NCBI GenBank assembly: GCA_043228905.1
Contig: JBHGNT010000020.1
Coordinates: 11,718,001 to 11,782,000, forward strand
DNA from: Azolla caroliniana
Taxonomy: Eukaryota > Plantae > Polypodiophyta
DNA: 64,000 nucleotides
Reading direction: 5' to 3'
The translations under genes and the position numbers were made by a program. Under the pieces are notes generated by a model. The model did no database searches. It saw nothing but the letters and a program-made list of their open reading frames with translations, and was not told the origin of the DNA. Positions 38,814 to 50,258 of the stretch are shown in pieces; positions within the stretch are counted from its first letter, which is position 1, and each line of letters begins with the position of its first letter.

Positions 38814-39778
38814 TTTTTTGTTTTTAAAAACCAAATATCCTTCCATTAGTTTTAAAAAATCTATCAAGTACAAACTACAAAAGAGATGAAAAAGAAGAGG
38901 AAAAAGGACTATCCCAATGACTAGCCATGGATCCTGCCGCCTACTTTCATCATACCAAAAAATGACATCATAGTAATTAGACACCTTACATTGGTCTTCA
39001 AGGATAGAATTGTATAACATCCTCATTCTTATCTGACTCAATATATCCCAATAACATGGCAAGCCGTTGTATAATATCTCCTCGAATCATATGTGATAAA
39101 TGGCGACCCTCAACTTGCCTTCATTACATAAGACTTTGCAAGTATAATTATTCATGATTGCTCCAACATGTATGCTATCATCTTAAAACCGTAGGTCCAA
39201 TCGAAGCTTCAACCATTGCTTCACAACGTCTTATATATCCTGAGTAAACAAGCTTCCAACCTGGTTCTATATTCCCTCCATTCTCTTGAAACTACCCCGT
39301 ATACAAGAAGACAATGAACCACTTGTATGCTCACACAACTTCGGAGAACCATAGCATGCAGAACATTCTTTAAATTACATTGTTCTGCCACATCCACTCC
39401 TCGTTGGAAATGAAAACCTTGATCCTTCCTATTAGCATTACTTTCGTGAACATCCTAAGGATCACCCATTTCTTTCCAGTAGCAATAAATTCTCAAACTG
39501 TGCTCATGCTTCAATTATTGCTCCACCTTTACAGTACCAATCTTCGTTGATCCATGCTCAACATATCTTGTAATAGATGCATTTCACAAGAGAACATGTT
39601 TTTTTGCAAGAATATCATTTACATCTCGAACTGAAATATCATCAACTGTTTTTTGTGTTTTTTCAAGATTGGCACATATAGCATACATATCTAACAAAGC
39701 ATTCCCAAGCTCAATATTGTCTTATAACAACCTCTTACTCATAATTTCAATGTGATTTTCTATGCATGTCAATCACTC
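38814..39778 (-). pseudogene. Retroposed insert containing a PLS-PPR fragment
   Basis: Poly-T at the left end (poly-A on the minus strand) and a 15-bp TSD tttc(g/a)cctcatcttt at 38799 and 39779. About 39625-39760 (-) reads HIEIMSKRLL*DNIELGNALLDMYAICANLEKTQKTVDDISVRDV. Confidence 0.7.
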
Positions 39779-40337
39779 TTTCACCTCATCTTTGTCTCTT
39801 TGATCTTTATTTCTGTCTTCATGCCCTCATGTTGCTCACAACATCTAGAGTTCCTAGCCTCGTCACATCTAGCTCCAAGTTCATCCGTCGCTCGTAGCCC
39901 CATCATCTGTGCTCCGTCCTAGTCTGCGCTTGGTGTGTCTGTGACAACCCCCACTATTCTTTCCTAGGTCTCATCAAGTCCTTGCCTCAAATATCTTAAA
40001 TTTAGGAACAAACTCTTGTTTCATGGGTTGAGACTTTTCATTAAACATAGTTACAAGGCCTCTAGAAAAAGTTTCTTTACCACAATAATTGATGAACGTT
40101 CCATTGCATCAATACACGCCATCCCTTGTCACAATAATTGATGGGCGTTCCATTGCATCAATATATATATATTCCATAAAAATGATCCTCCATTGGTATT
40201 AACATAAAGTGGCCAAAGGCAATATACAAAAAAGTCCAGTATTACAAAGAAAAATGCGACATAATTAACTAGAAAACTATTGAACACTTGTGCAACTCTA
40301 AGAGTCTCAACAACACTAGGCTCAAGATTTTGGCCTA

Positions 40338-40810
40338 ATCATGACCACCCCATATAAAACAAATAGCTTCACCTACAGAAAGCAACACCTCCTCCACCAT
40401 AGTGCTGCTCAATGCAAATATCGCATTCAACGCTGCTTCCAAAAGTATATTTTTAGGGCCACCATGGTAGATATGCCCAGAGAATATTGTTTCTACACCT
40501 ATATACTGTTCATCACCATCAGAAAATAGAGGTAAACAACTCCGTAGATCAATATGGCCAACTGCTTCCACTACAGTTCCTGATAGGAGAGGATTTCCTG
40601 TTATCTCACGTGTACTTTTCTTAACCAGCTTACTCTCCCAACATACACATTTCTGCAAATTTCTTTGGTGACTGAGCAACAACAACCAGAAGTCCATTCG
40701 ATGCCTTAACATGTAAATCAACAGTTCCATTTACGGCCATGGCATGTTCCAATAGCAACAACATACGTTCATCTAGGGATGATCTGTCAGACTCTTTGTA
40801 TACCATCTTG
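40338..40810 (-). pseudogene. ECM29: Intronless, frameshifted fragment of proteasome adaptor ECM29
   Basis: LLLEHAMAVNGTVDLHVKASNGLL, VEAVGHIDLRSCLP and ALNAIFALSSTMVEEVLLSVGEAICFIWGG resemble plant ECM29 HEAT segments (recognised from memory). Confidence 0.7.
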
Positions 40811-40815
40811 GCATC

Positions 40816-41390
40816 TTGCCAATGTCCATGAAAATCCTGTATTAACAACAAAAAATTAGTCTAAACGTTTCCTCACCCACTCATGATAGTCGGCTTCGAC
40901 CTCCCCACCATCTTCACTCATCCTTATCACAGAAACAATTTCTTCATTCAGTCCACATCAGCCATCTCGCCTATTAGCATATTGCCAATGTCCACGAAAA
41001 TCTTGTATTAACAACAAAAAATTAGTCTAAAAGTTTCCTCACCCACTCATGATAGCCGGCTTCGACCCCCCCACCATCTTCACACATCCTTATCACAGAA
41101 AAAATTTCCTCATTCAATCCACATCAGCCATCTCGCCGATTAGCATCTTGCCAATGTCAACGAAAATCTTGTATTAACAACAAAAAATTAGTCTAAAAGT
41201 TTCCTCACCCATTCATGATAGTCGGCTTCGACCCCCCAACCATCTTCACACATCCTTATCATAGAAAAAATTTCTTCATTCAGTTCACATCAGCCATCTC
41301 ACCGATTAGCATCTTGCCAATGTCCACGAAAATCCTGTATTAACAACAAAAAATCAGTCTAAAAGTTTCCTCACCCACTCATGATAGTCA
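40816..41390. repeat. 166-bp tandem repeat (about 3.5 copies, with more decayed copies to about 41830)
   Basis: Units start ttgccaatgtc..gaaaatc at 40816, 40982, 41148 and 41314. Confidence 0.9.
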
Positions 41391-42064
41391 ACAAAAATAT
41401 GCTTCCCACTCATCCTTATCTCAAAAGAAAAAACTGCTTCATTCAGTTCGCATCAAACATCTCACCGATTACCATCAAGGGCCTGTGAAAAACAACAACA
41501 AATTAAGTGTAAACAATTTCCACATCTCCTCATGATATGCTTCGGCCGTCGCACCATCTTCACTTATCCTCTCTTCATGGAAACATGCTTCAATCCCCAC
41601 CGCCATCATCAATCATCGTAATGAAAAATAAAACCTGCTTCATTCAATCGACATCAACCATCTCTCCATGTTGCTGATTATCAACGAAATCCTGTATGGA
41701 CAACACAACAAATGAGTTTAAAAAAAACAATTTCTCACTTAGTCATGAAAATATGCTTCCGTTCCCACACCATAATCACTCATCATAATAAAAAACGGAA
41801 AAATCAACTTCCTCAAGGCCACATCAATTAGCTCGTTGTCATCGAGTATACCCATTAGCTTAAACCTACAGAAGCAAACATGAATGCACACTCTCCTCTC
41901 CTTATGAACATTTTCTCAACCACCGACAATAATTATCAGTCATCCCTATCTAAGGTAAAGCATCTGCTTTACTATCCGCAACAAGCATATAGGAGATTAC
42001 CGCCAAAAGCTTCTTTTATGAAAAGACTCTTGCTATGTGCCACAATCACCTCTTCCATGTTGAT

Positions 42065-43885
42065 TCATGTTGTCTGCTCTAAGGACGGTGCTGGTGGTGG
42101 GAACAACCAACGAGGTGGTATGTAATTCCACTTGACATTAGCCTCTGCATCCAACATGATAGGAATAGATGACCAAACTCTTCGAATTCTCCTTCTTTTT
42201 CGACTAGTTGTGTTTCCTGATTCCTTACAACTGTCGTAATCACCTTTAACCGTATGTACCAATAAGTCCCAAAAAGACTTAACTTGTTCTACAACATGAG
42301 TATTTTCATCATTGTATATCTTGGAACACCTAGCTTTCAAAAGAACCCATAAACCCAAAGAGGAAACAATTTGCCAAACATAACTTTGCGAGAAGAACTT
42401 GATTCCCTGCAAGGAACTTGAAATAGCATATACTTGAAAACTTCTCACATGTAAAGACAAAGAAGAATGTTGACAATGATAAAAGGCCGTTTGTTGATCC
42501 AACATTCCCCAAAAGACTGCACCCCACGTGAAGATAGCTGAGGTATACTTACGACCTAAAAGTCGAAGAATTCGAAACCAAAACCTTTTAGCGAAAACAC
42601 ATTCCCAAAATACATGATGCAATGACTTAGATGCAGACCTACACATAACACATGACCGATCACGCACTGATCCCCTCAATAGTTCACCTACTGGCAATGC
42701 ATAATGAATCATCAACCATCTAAAATGCAATATCTTATTCATACATTTAGTTGCCCAAAACCGTTTCCAAAACATCCGCATATGAGATGATGAGACATTA
42801 TCTTCCTCCCAATACTTTTTTCCTGCTGGGACCGACTCGGTCTGATTCAACATAAAGTTTCTACCAAACGCCACCGAATATGAGAAGAATGGAAGGACCT
42901 TATTCGCTGTGTCAAACATGGGCAATTTCCAACCATAATTTGATGGGTTCCACTGCAGATTGACGAGTGGCCTAGAGTGTAAAACCCAAATATGAGATGC
43001 ATAGTTAGCAATTAACGGACTAGGATCGATCAATTTTTTATTATCTAATCTAGCAATTACTCTCACTGGCAACTGCTTTGCATCGGACATAATTGGAGAC
43101 TCCTCCGCCACTAATATCAATCTATCATTGTCCAAAACTTCATAAAAATAAAAATTGTCATTATGATGATATAAACGAGATCCTATAAGTATATTAATTG
43201 TCGAAAACATACCGTACCAACTTTGAAAATGATCCAACTGCAAAGTTGGTATTGTGACCTGATACACCATGGGCAATTGAGAGAACATTATCCTTGTCCG
43301 TCTTAAATTAGACAACATATTCTTTTGATCGTGTGCTGAAGTTTATAAAAACTTTATCCAATCCGCAACTGTACGGGCTGGCCCACTATCCATTTCCGCC
43401 CAAGATAACCTCGGTCTTAAACCCAAAACACATGCAGCTTTGTTAGTAAATAAAGGATTCCATATCAAAGGTTGACGCATGAATTGATGATAATTTTTTG
43501 GTGGCAAGAAAACAAGTGCTTGCTGAAGACTTTCCCATGCCCGAAAAATTCCACTAAAGAAACGTAATGATCCAACATTGGACTTAGGTAATGGAAAATC
43601 TGAATTAAAAAACCACCTAAGACTATCATGCCATTGCCCTCCTACTGAGGGCTTGACCTTATGTAAGTGCCGAATCCATAGCTTTTTCCATAACTCATCT
43701 CCTGGCAATAAACTCCTAACAACTTGTTTAACAATTAAGGTTTTACTTTGCATAAAAGAATCAATCAAACCTAGACCTCCTTTCTGTTTAGATTGTATAA
43801 GAACCGACCAAGCTACCTTTGTTACAGAATTGTCTGTAATAGTGTTCCCCCAAATGAAATTTCGTACTAGACGTTGAACTTTAAG
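42065..43885 (-). pseudogene. LINE ORF2 C-terminal remnant (post-RT region and zinc-binding zf-RVT-like domain), frameshifted
   Basis: VRNFIWG...KVAWSVLIQSKQKGGLGL and FWKRFW...KILHFRWL...CVMC...LHHVFWECVFAKRFW. Confidence 0.85.
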
Positions 43886-44887
43886 CATTGCATCAATATA
43901 TATTGTTGATGAATCTAAGTAAGTTTTTTGGTACTAGGTAGTTCTGCATGTGTAATCTTCTTCAACATTATTAGTAGTCCTAATCATCTAGTTGTTCTAG
44001 GTCTCCCTTGGTTCGAACTACATTATCTTGAGATTGATTAAATCACCCAATTAATCAAAATGGGGCTTGTTTTAATCATTTTTTCTCACTTTTCCCATTT
44101 GGGGCCTCTCTTGTTACAAGAGTATTTTATAATTCGCTCACAATGGGTTCACTTGATATATGGAAACTTGACCACGAGTAAGTGTTTAGAATTTTTGTAA
44201 CGGTATGTTTTCTAATAGTGAATCCAACATCTTTTTACTTTTAATTGGTCTCTTTGTCAACATGAGTCTCTTCATCGACTGTTGTTGCTCTTTTTTCGTT
44301 GGTAAACTATCTCTTCATTGATAAAGCATCCTTTCATGATGAACTCTTTATTTAGTACCTAGGCGAGTCTGTTTGTCATTAATGGATCTCTTTGCCAATA
44401 AGAGTCTCTTGATTGGTAGGATACACACTAAGCAAACAAATTTAAAATTTAAAGACATTTTTGCAACAAATCGCTTTGTTAGGTGACTCTTTAGCTTGTT
44501 TTGCAACACTTTCCATTTAGGTTTGTTCTTAATGACGGGGATTAGTGGGGATTTTACTACATAGTAACAAAAAACATGATAAGTTCATATTGCTATGATG
44601 CCATTTTGCATTATCTTGGCTCATAAAAAAATTTAGGCAAGGACAAACCATTGCCTTTAACTCACATCGTGTTCTTATGCTCTTATAAATTACATGTAAT
44701 AGTATGCTTTGGTGCTTGAACATGGTCATTAACAATGTCTTTGTGTGTTGAACGTTGAATATAGGAATGTGGTTCATCACTTTATTTGGTGCTCGACTGC
44801 AATATTGTATGTAATGTTGAATTTATAATCTCATATATAAGAGGAATTTGTGGAGGGACAAATGAGTAAGGTATATTTCTATCATGA

Positions 44888-47800
44888 TTAGTTGACCTTA
44901 GGAGAGGTAGTACTCGGCGAAGTTACAAAGTTGAGATGCCCTTTTCCATTAGTGCCACTTTTACGAATGAAGGACCTATACTCTCGAAAGGTCATGGGGA
45001 TATAGGCTGGCTCAATTGCACATCCATTATTCTTTGATTCAAGTAGCTCGGGTAATGGTGCCACAAGTGTGTCATTAGTCGGACTTATGAAACATGCCAC
45101 AGATAGTCTCTCATGTTTATTGTTGACCACTACTCTGTGTTCGACACTCTTGTAACACCCATTTGTAAGAATCTGTAAGAAACAGGACAAGAACAAGTTT
45201 GTTTACATTTATCCGATCTAAAGTCAAATCATGAACTGCATAAATTAATGTATTGAAAGTTGTACATGAATTAAAGCATTTAATGTGGGCATAACATTTC
45301 TACAATAGTAATGGTGAGTGAGTAAACTTTTTTTAATTCAACGCATGACTTTACGAAATCTTGGCATTGACTTATTTTTCATAACTTTGTGAGTTCCTTT
45401 CACTTGTAGAGCCAAGGTAGTTTGATTGCAATTTTCCCTCCACAACTTTACAAAATCTAGGCATTGGTGTATTTCTATAACTTTGTGAGTTCGTTTTACG
45501 GGTAGAGGCTAGTAGTTTGGTTGCAATTTTTCCTTCACTTTCCAATTTCAATTATTATTATTGCAGCTAGAGAAAAAGTGACATTAAGCTAAGTGTAAAT
45601 GATCCATACTTGTAGTCTATCTACTGGTAAAACCATAGCCTATTTAGTCCTATAAGTCAGTCTAGTTTGTTTGCGCAACCATAGCCTATTTAGCCGTATA
45701 CATCTAGCTTGTTTCTGTAACCATAGGCTATTTAGCCCTATTATAAGTCTAGTTGTTTTTTTCTTATGTAGTCTAATATGTACACTTGCATACCTTGCTC
45801 TAGGGCTACACACGATGAACTTGGATTTCTTAATTAAATCAAGTCTAGTGGTCCAATAACAATTGTTTCTTGTTTATAGAAAAACATTGTTTACTCGTTT
45901 ATATAATAGCAAGCCATAACCTCATGGAAGGACAATCTTGGACCAACCTCCCCTCCCCTAGTTGTCACCATGTCTTTACTTAGTGGAAAGGCATTGGTTC
46001 CCCTATTTAGGAAATTTGTTTTGTGTAGTAATGTAGAACCAAAACAATTATCACATCTAGTAATTTGGCCATGTTATGTGTGTTGGTGAGCTAACAAATG
46101 TCAAAGTGGGAATTGTTTATCTTAAGGACTTGTAATGTTGATGTTGATGTTGATAGTGATTATATAGAGGGTTATAACTACCTGTAGTTGGTCACCGAGG
46201 TTTACGATAATAGCATCAGGTTGTGGTTGTACTGTAACCCAATCACCTTGGAGTCGCCCTTGTGTGGAATACTCATTAGTAGAGACCGGAGCTCGAATTT
46301 GAAGCCCCGCGATTTGTTGATCATCGGGGAGCAAAAGAGTGAGGGCACCGGGGTCAGAATGAGAAGAAAGACCGAGGGTGAGATCTGGTTGTGGACAAGG
46401 TGGATAGAAGTTGACACGCAATCCAACGTCTATTTCGTCCCCGAGCCTTTCTTCCAATTCTCGTTCATTCTTCAACCCTAAGCTCATGGACATTGCCGTG
46501 AGCACCTCTTTCCCCACCTCCAACATCTTCTCCGAATATTCCTCCATCGTCTCCCTACATGAGGATTTGATTTTAGAAATGACAATGACTTGAACTAATC
46601 AATATTTGTATGCACTTCTACAAATGATGACTTAACATCTTTTATAACTGTGCATGTGGAGAATTTTAAATCATTTAGATCAATGTACATAGATCAAATA
46701 GTTTAAAAATATTGGTACAATGTCAATACATCACTAGCTATGTGCATTGGGATCAAATATTTTTGACTCATTGTGGATATCACATCCATAATTATGGATG
46801 GGGAAGCCAAAGCATAAACATTCAGGAAAACTTGTCAAGTGGGCCTAAAAGTTTTTATGTTTTGCATAATTGAGTTAAAATCATTGATGATGGAATGGAA
46901 TATTCTCTACTTTTTTGACTTCTTTCCGTCCTTTTGACTTAAAAAGTCATGAAACATTTTGTCCCATGTCTAGAAGCTTTTTGTAGGTGGGATCACTAAA
47001 CAAAAAGAAATGTGAATCTACTATCAAGAGATAGGATGGGATTAATGATTCAGAAACTAATTACCATGATCAATTCATCTTAATTAGATTATAATATATA
47101 TGTTAGCCAACAATATACCTCCAATGGTGTGGGTTAGAGGGCCATTTGCTATGGTCTCGGTCATTGGTCGGGAAGACCTTGAGGAAATAGTAGTCGCCCC
47201 AGTCGAGGACCGCGTCTTTACGGACACCCACACGGCTACCGTAGCCCTCGTAGCTAATCGGGTTGTTCGAGTACACCTGCTTCTCGGACATGGGGAGGTG
47301 GAAGAAGCCGCGTGACAATGCCGACATGTCGTGCAGGATGGAAGTAGGGACCCCATGGTTGACAATTTGGAAGAAACCCCATGTCTGGCATGCATGGCGA
47401 AGCTCCGAGAGGAAGGCATGGTGCCTTTGAATGCACTCCGCGCTACCGCCGCCTTGCCGAAACGCCGACATGTCAAGGATGGGGATGCTGGGGGTGTCAT
47501 TATGAGGGATTTGGTTGAAATTAGGGTTTACTACGCTCGTCGGTCTCCGCTTGATAGAGAGCTTAGGCTTCTGGTTCACATTGGGGTTTAGGTTTAGGTT
47601 TTGGATAAGGTTAGGGTTTTGGGTAAGTTGGGAATTGGAATTAGGGTTAGGGTTAGGGTTAGGGTTAGGGTTAGGTCTCTCTGAGAGTGGCCTAATGTAT
47701 TGAGGAGGGATGGTGGAGATCCCGCTCTCGGAGAGGATTTGGACTCTTTGGACAGGCTCGGGCCATTGATTTTGATCGATCGGGGATTCGCGAGCTGCAC

Positions 47801-48032
47801 ATGAATCATTGGCATCGACGATGATGCGGTGGACATGATCGTGATGATCGGAGGAGGTGATCTTGTCGAATCCTCGGCATGATCGATCGGAAGCGGAAAT
47901 GACATTATAATCGAGGGTCGAAGATGGGGATTCGCAAGGCGATGATGAAAGGGTGTTGATCATGGATTGCTCATCATGGCTGCTATGGTGGTGATTGCAG
48001 CATGGAATTGGTGAGGAGGGGGAGGATTTCAT
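44888..48032 (-). CDS. 2-oxoglutarate/Fe(II) dioxygenase, jasmonate oxidase (JOX/JAO)-like; exons 48032-47119, 46554-46182, 45172-44888 (523 aa)
   Basis: WPEPVQRVQ, YEGYGSRVGV...LDWGDYYFL, LRVNFYPPCPQPDLTLGLSSHSDPG, YKSVEHRVVVN..ERLS. The HxD...H and RxS motifs are intact and the GT-AG phases are consistent. Confidence 0.92.
47641..47675 (+). repeat. (TTAGGG)5-6 telomere-like repeat inside a coding exon
   Basis: ttagggttagggttagggttagggttagggttagg, read as PNPNPNPNPNP on the minus strand. Confidence 0.9.
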
Positions 48033-48334
48033 GTTAATTTTTTTTTTTAAAGGATGGAATGGAATGGAAATGCAATGGAAGAAGAAGAAGAAGAAGAAGA
48101 ATCTGCAGAGAGATCTTTTGATCTTTTGATTTTTTTGAGTGAATTAAAAAAATGGGACATAGCTAAATGAGGAAAACCCTAAACTATTTATAGAGAAAGG
48201 GTTTGCCTTGATTTTGAACACGTGCTAAATGCGCGCGTCCACAACGTGTACAAGAATATAATTTAATTCTCTATTTATTTATTACTTTATTCTTTTGTCT
48301 TATCTATAATATACATACATACATACATACAATA

Positions 48335-48373
<39 letters not shown>

Positions 48374-50068
48374 TCTTCTTTTTTCCATAAATAAAATAAA
48401 ATCTTCTTCTTCAAACCCAAAATTCCACCAATTATTGCGTGCCCCAATTATAATATTCAAATAATATTAATAATATTAATAATTTTTAATTAATTAATTA
48501 ATTAATTAAATGAGATACTAAATGAAATTTTTGAAGGAGCTAGTCAAGATTGGGTTCACACACGGCAAAACGTTTATTATTATTATTATTATTATTATTA
48601 TCGTTCCCCAAGGTTTTGGCCGGTGAATAAAAATGTAGTAGTGTGTCGTTCACTTCTAATCTTGGGGGGCCAGACGATCGACGTGTTTGTTTTTTTGAGG
48701 GACTTAAAATTTCATCTATCTGTTGTTTGTTTCAGGCGAACTTCATATTGTTTTGTCTATTCGGCTAATTTCATATGTCTGTCTGTGTGTACGTATGTGC
48801 ATATGTATGTACTCTTTTTGTGTGCCAACTCATTCGCAGAAAGGAACTGCCAAATGCGAAAAAAGTATATGTTCCTCGTTTGCTTGTTTGTCAAGCTTAT
48901 GCCCCACCACCACCACCACCACCACCACCACCACTGTTGTTGTTGCTACTACTACTACCAGCCTTTGCCTGTTTCCCAGCAGCCGCACTATTTTGACGTA
49001 GTCCCCACCCTTACATTTGATCATCACATACATAAAAGATATATGTTCTTTTCTTTATGTACTCACTTGATGTGACCAAAACACTCACAAACTTTTTGCA
49101 TCTTTTTGTCAACACAAGTAACTGACAGTGTACACGCCTTTCTTTGTATCATTCGGCTTTTCTATTTCAATATTAATGTTTGGAAAGACTAAACTAACAA
49201 CTTATCTATCCCCCCCCCCCCTAGACTTCATTGAAAAAGAAATATTTTAAAAAAGGTAGAAGTTCATATGAATAATTATTTCTCCTTGTGGTTCATGAAA
49301 TAGATGTTGATAGTGAATGAACAATGGAGTTTCCTTAGCTCTTAGACCTTTCTTCTTACTTGGAACAATTATGATGTGTAGCACGCCACGTTGCGCGGTC
49401 TAGTAAATCATTGCTCCGAAACTTCATATTTTGTAGATAAGAGCGTAAACATCTTAAATTGACTTCAATTAATGTCATCCAAAAATAACTCCTACACCCA
49501 AAAATATGGCAATTATGAAAAGGAAATGTGATGTAAGGCTTAGCAACAAACCAATCCACCAAATGTCTACTAGAAGGCGGATCTAATAAGTCATCCAACT
49601 TGAAACTTTTGGCAAGAAAATTTGATGTATAGGCATCGACATATTCACATTGTTCCTAATTGGAGTGATGATTCATTTGCACTTTTTTTTGTGTGATGTC
49701 CTTGGTGCTATTCACAAAGTTGTACTATCAAGCATCCTGGCTCTTTCCCATGTTGTATTTTAGCCAACCAATTCCATTTGTGACTTACTATATAGCTATG
49801 TGTGGTGTTGTTTGATTATTCATTCTCCATGTGTCCCCTTTACGGTGATGCATATTCAACTTTTTCATTTTAATACATCCACGAAGCTTTCAACTCCCCA
49901 CATTTATTTGTATTTTTGTAGAAGCATTCTTATGTCCCATAATTTTCATAAATGATTCACTTTAGATTCTCTGGGAACTTTCATGTTTTCCATATTTTTC
50001 TTTATTTACTCTTTTACCCTTGTCTCTCGATGCCTATGATTGTAGTAACACACACTCAAGATTTCTAT

Positions 50069-50258
50069 GTAAGGTATTTTCCTAGTGTTTCTAATATGTT
50101 AATTCACTGGATGTGTTCCTAGATCTTTTATATTAAGGTATTTTCCTAGTGTTTCTATTATGTTAATTCACTAGATGTGCTCCTAGATATTTTATATTAA
50201 GGTATTTTCCTAGTGTTTCTAATATGTTAATCACTAAATGCGTTCCTAGATCATTTAT
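50069..50258. repeat. 64-bp tandem repeat x3
   Basis: taaggtattttcctagtgtttcta.tatgttaattcact.gatgtg.tcctagat.ttttatat occurs three times. Confidence 0.9.

Larger units (their letters stand above)
36854..39946 (+). mobile_element. Non-autonomous LTR retroelement (5' LTR 36854-37368; 3' LTR 38486-39946 interrupted by an insertion)
   Basis: TGTCAC...GTGACA LTR termini, PPT-like aaaggggaggataa before 38486, 5-bp TSD gcccc/acccc, and no pol. Confidence 0.85.
40169..43885 (-). mobile_element. 5'-truncated LINE (L1-like) with a long 3' extension
   Basis: An identical 18-bp cattgcatcaatatatat at 40151-40168 and 43886-43903 flanks the ORF2 remnant plus 1.9 kb of downstream sequence. Confidence 0.7.

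Noticed and set aside
47641-47675. True telomere or chromosome fusion scar
   Set aside because: Only about 6 units long and inside an intact reading frame, with normal gene structure on both sides.
48623-49075. His/Cys/Tyr homopolymer ORF upstream of the dioxygenase
   Set aside because: It comes from (CAC)n/(TGT)n/(TAC)n microsatellites and has no coding signature.
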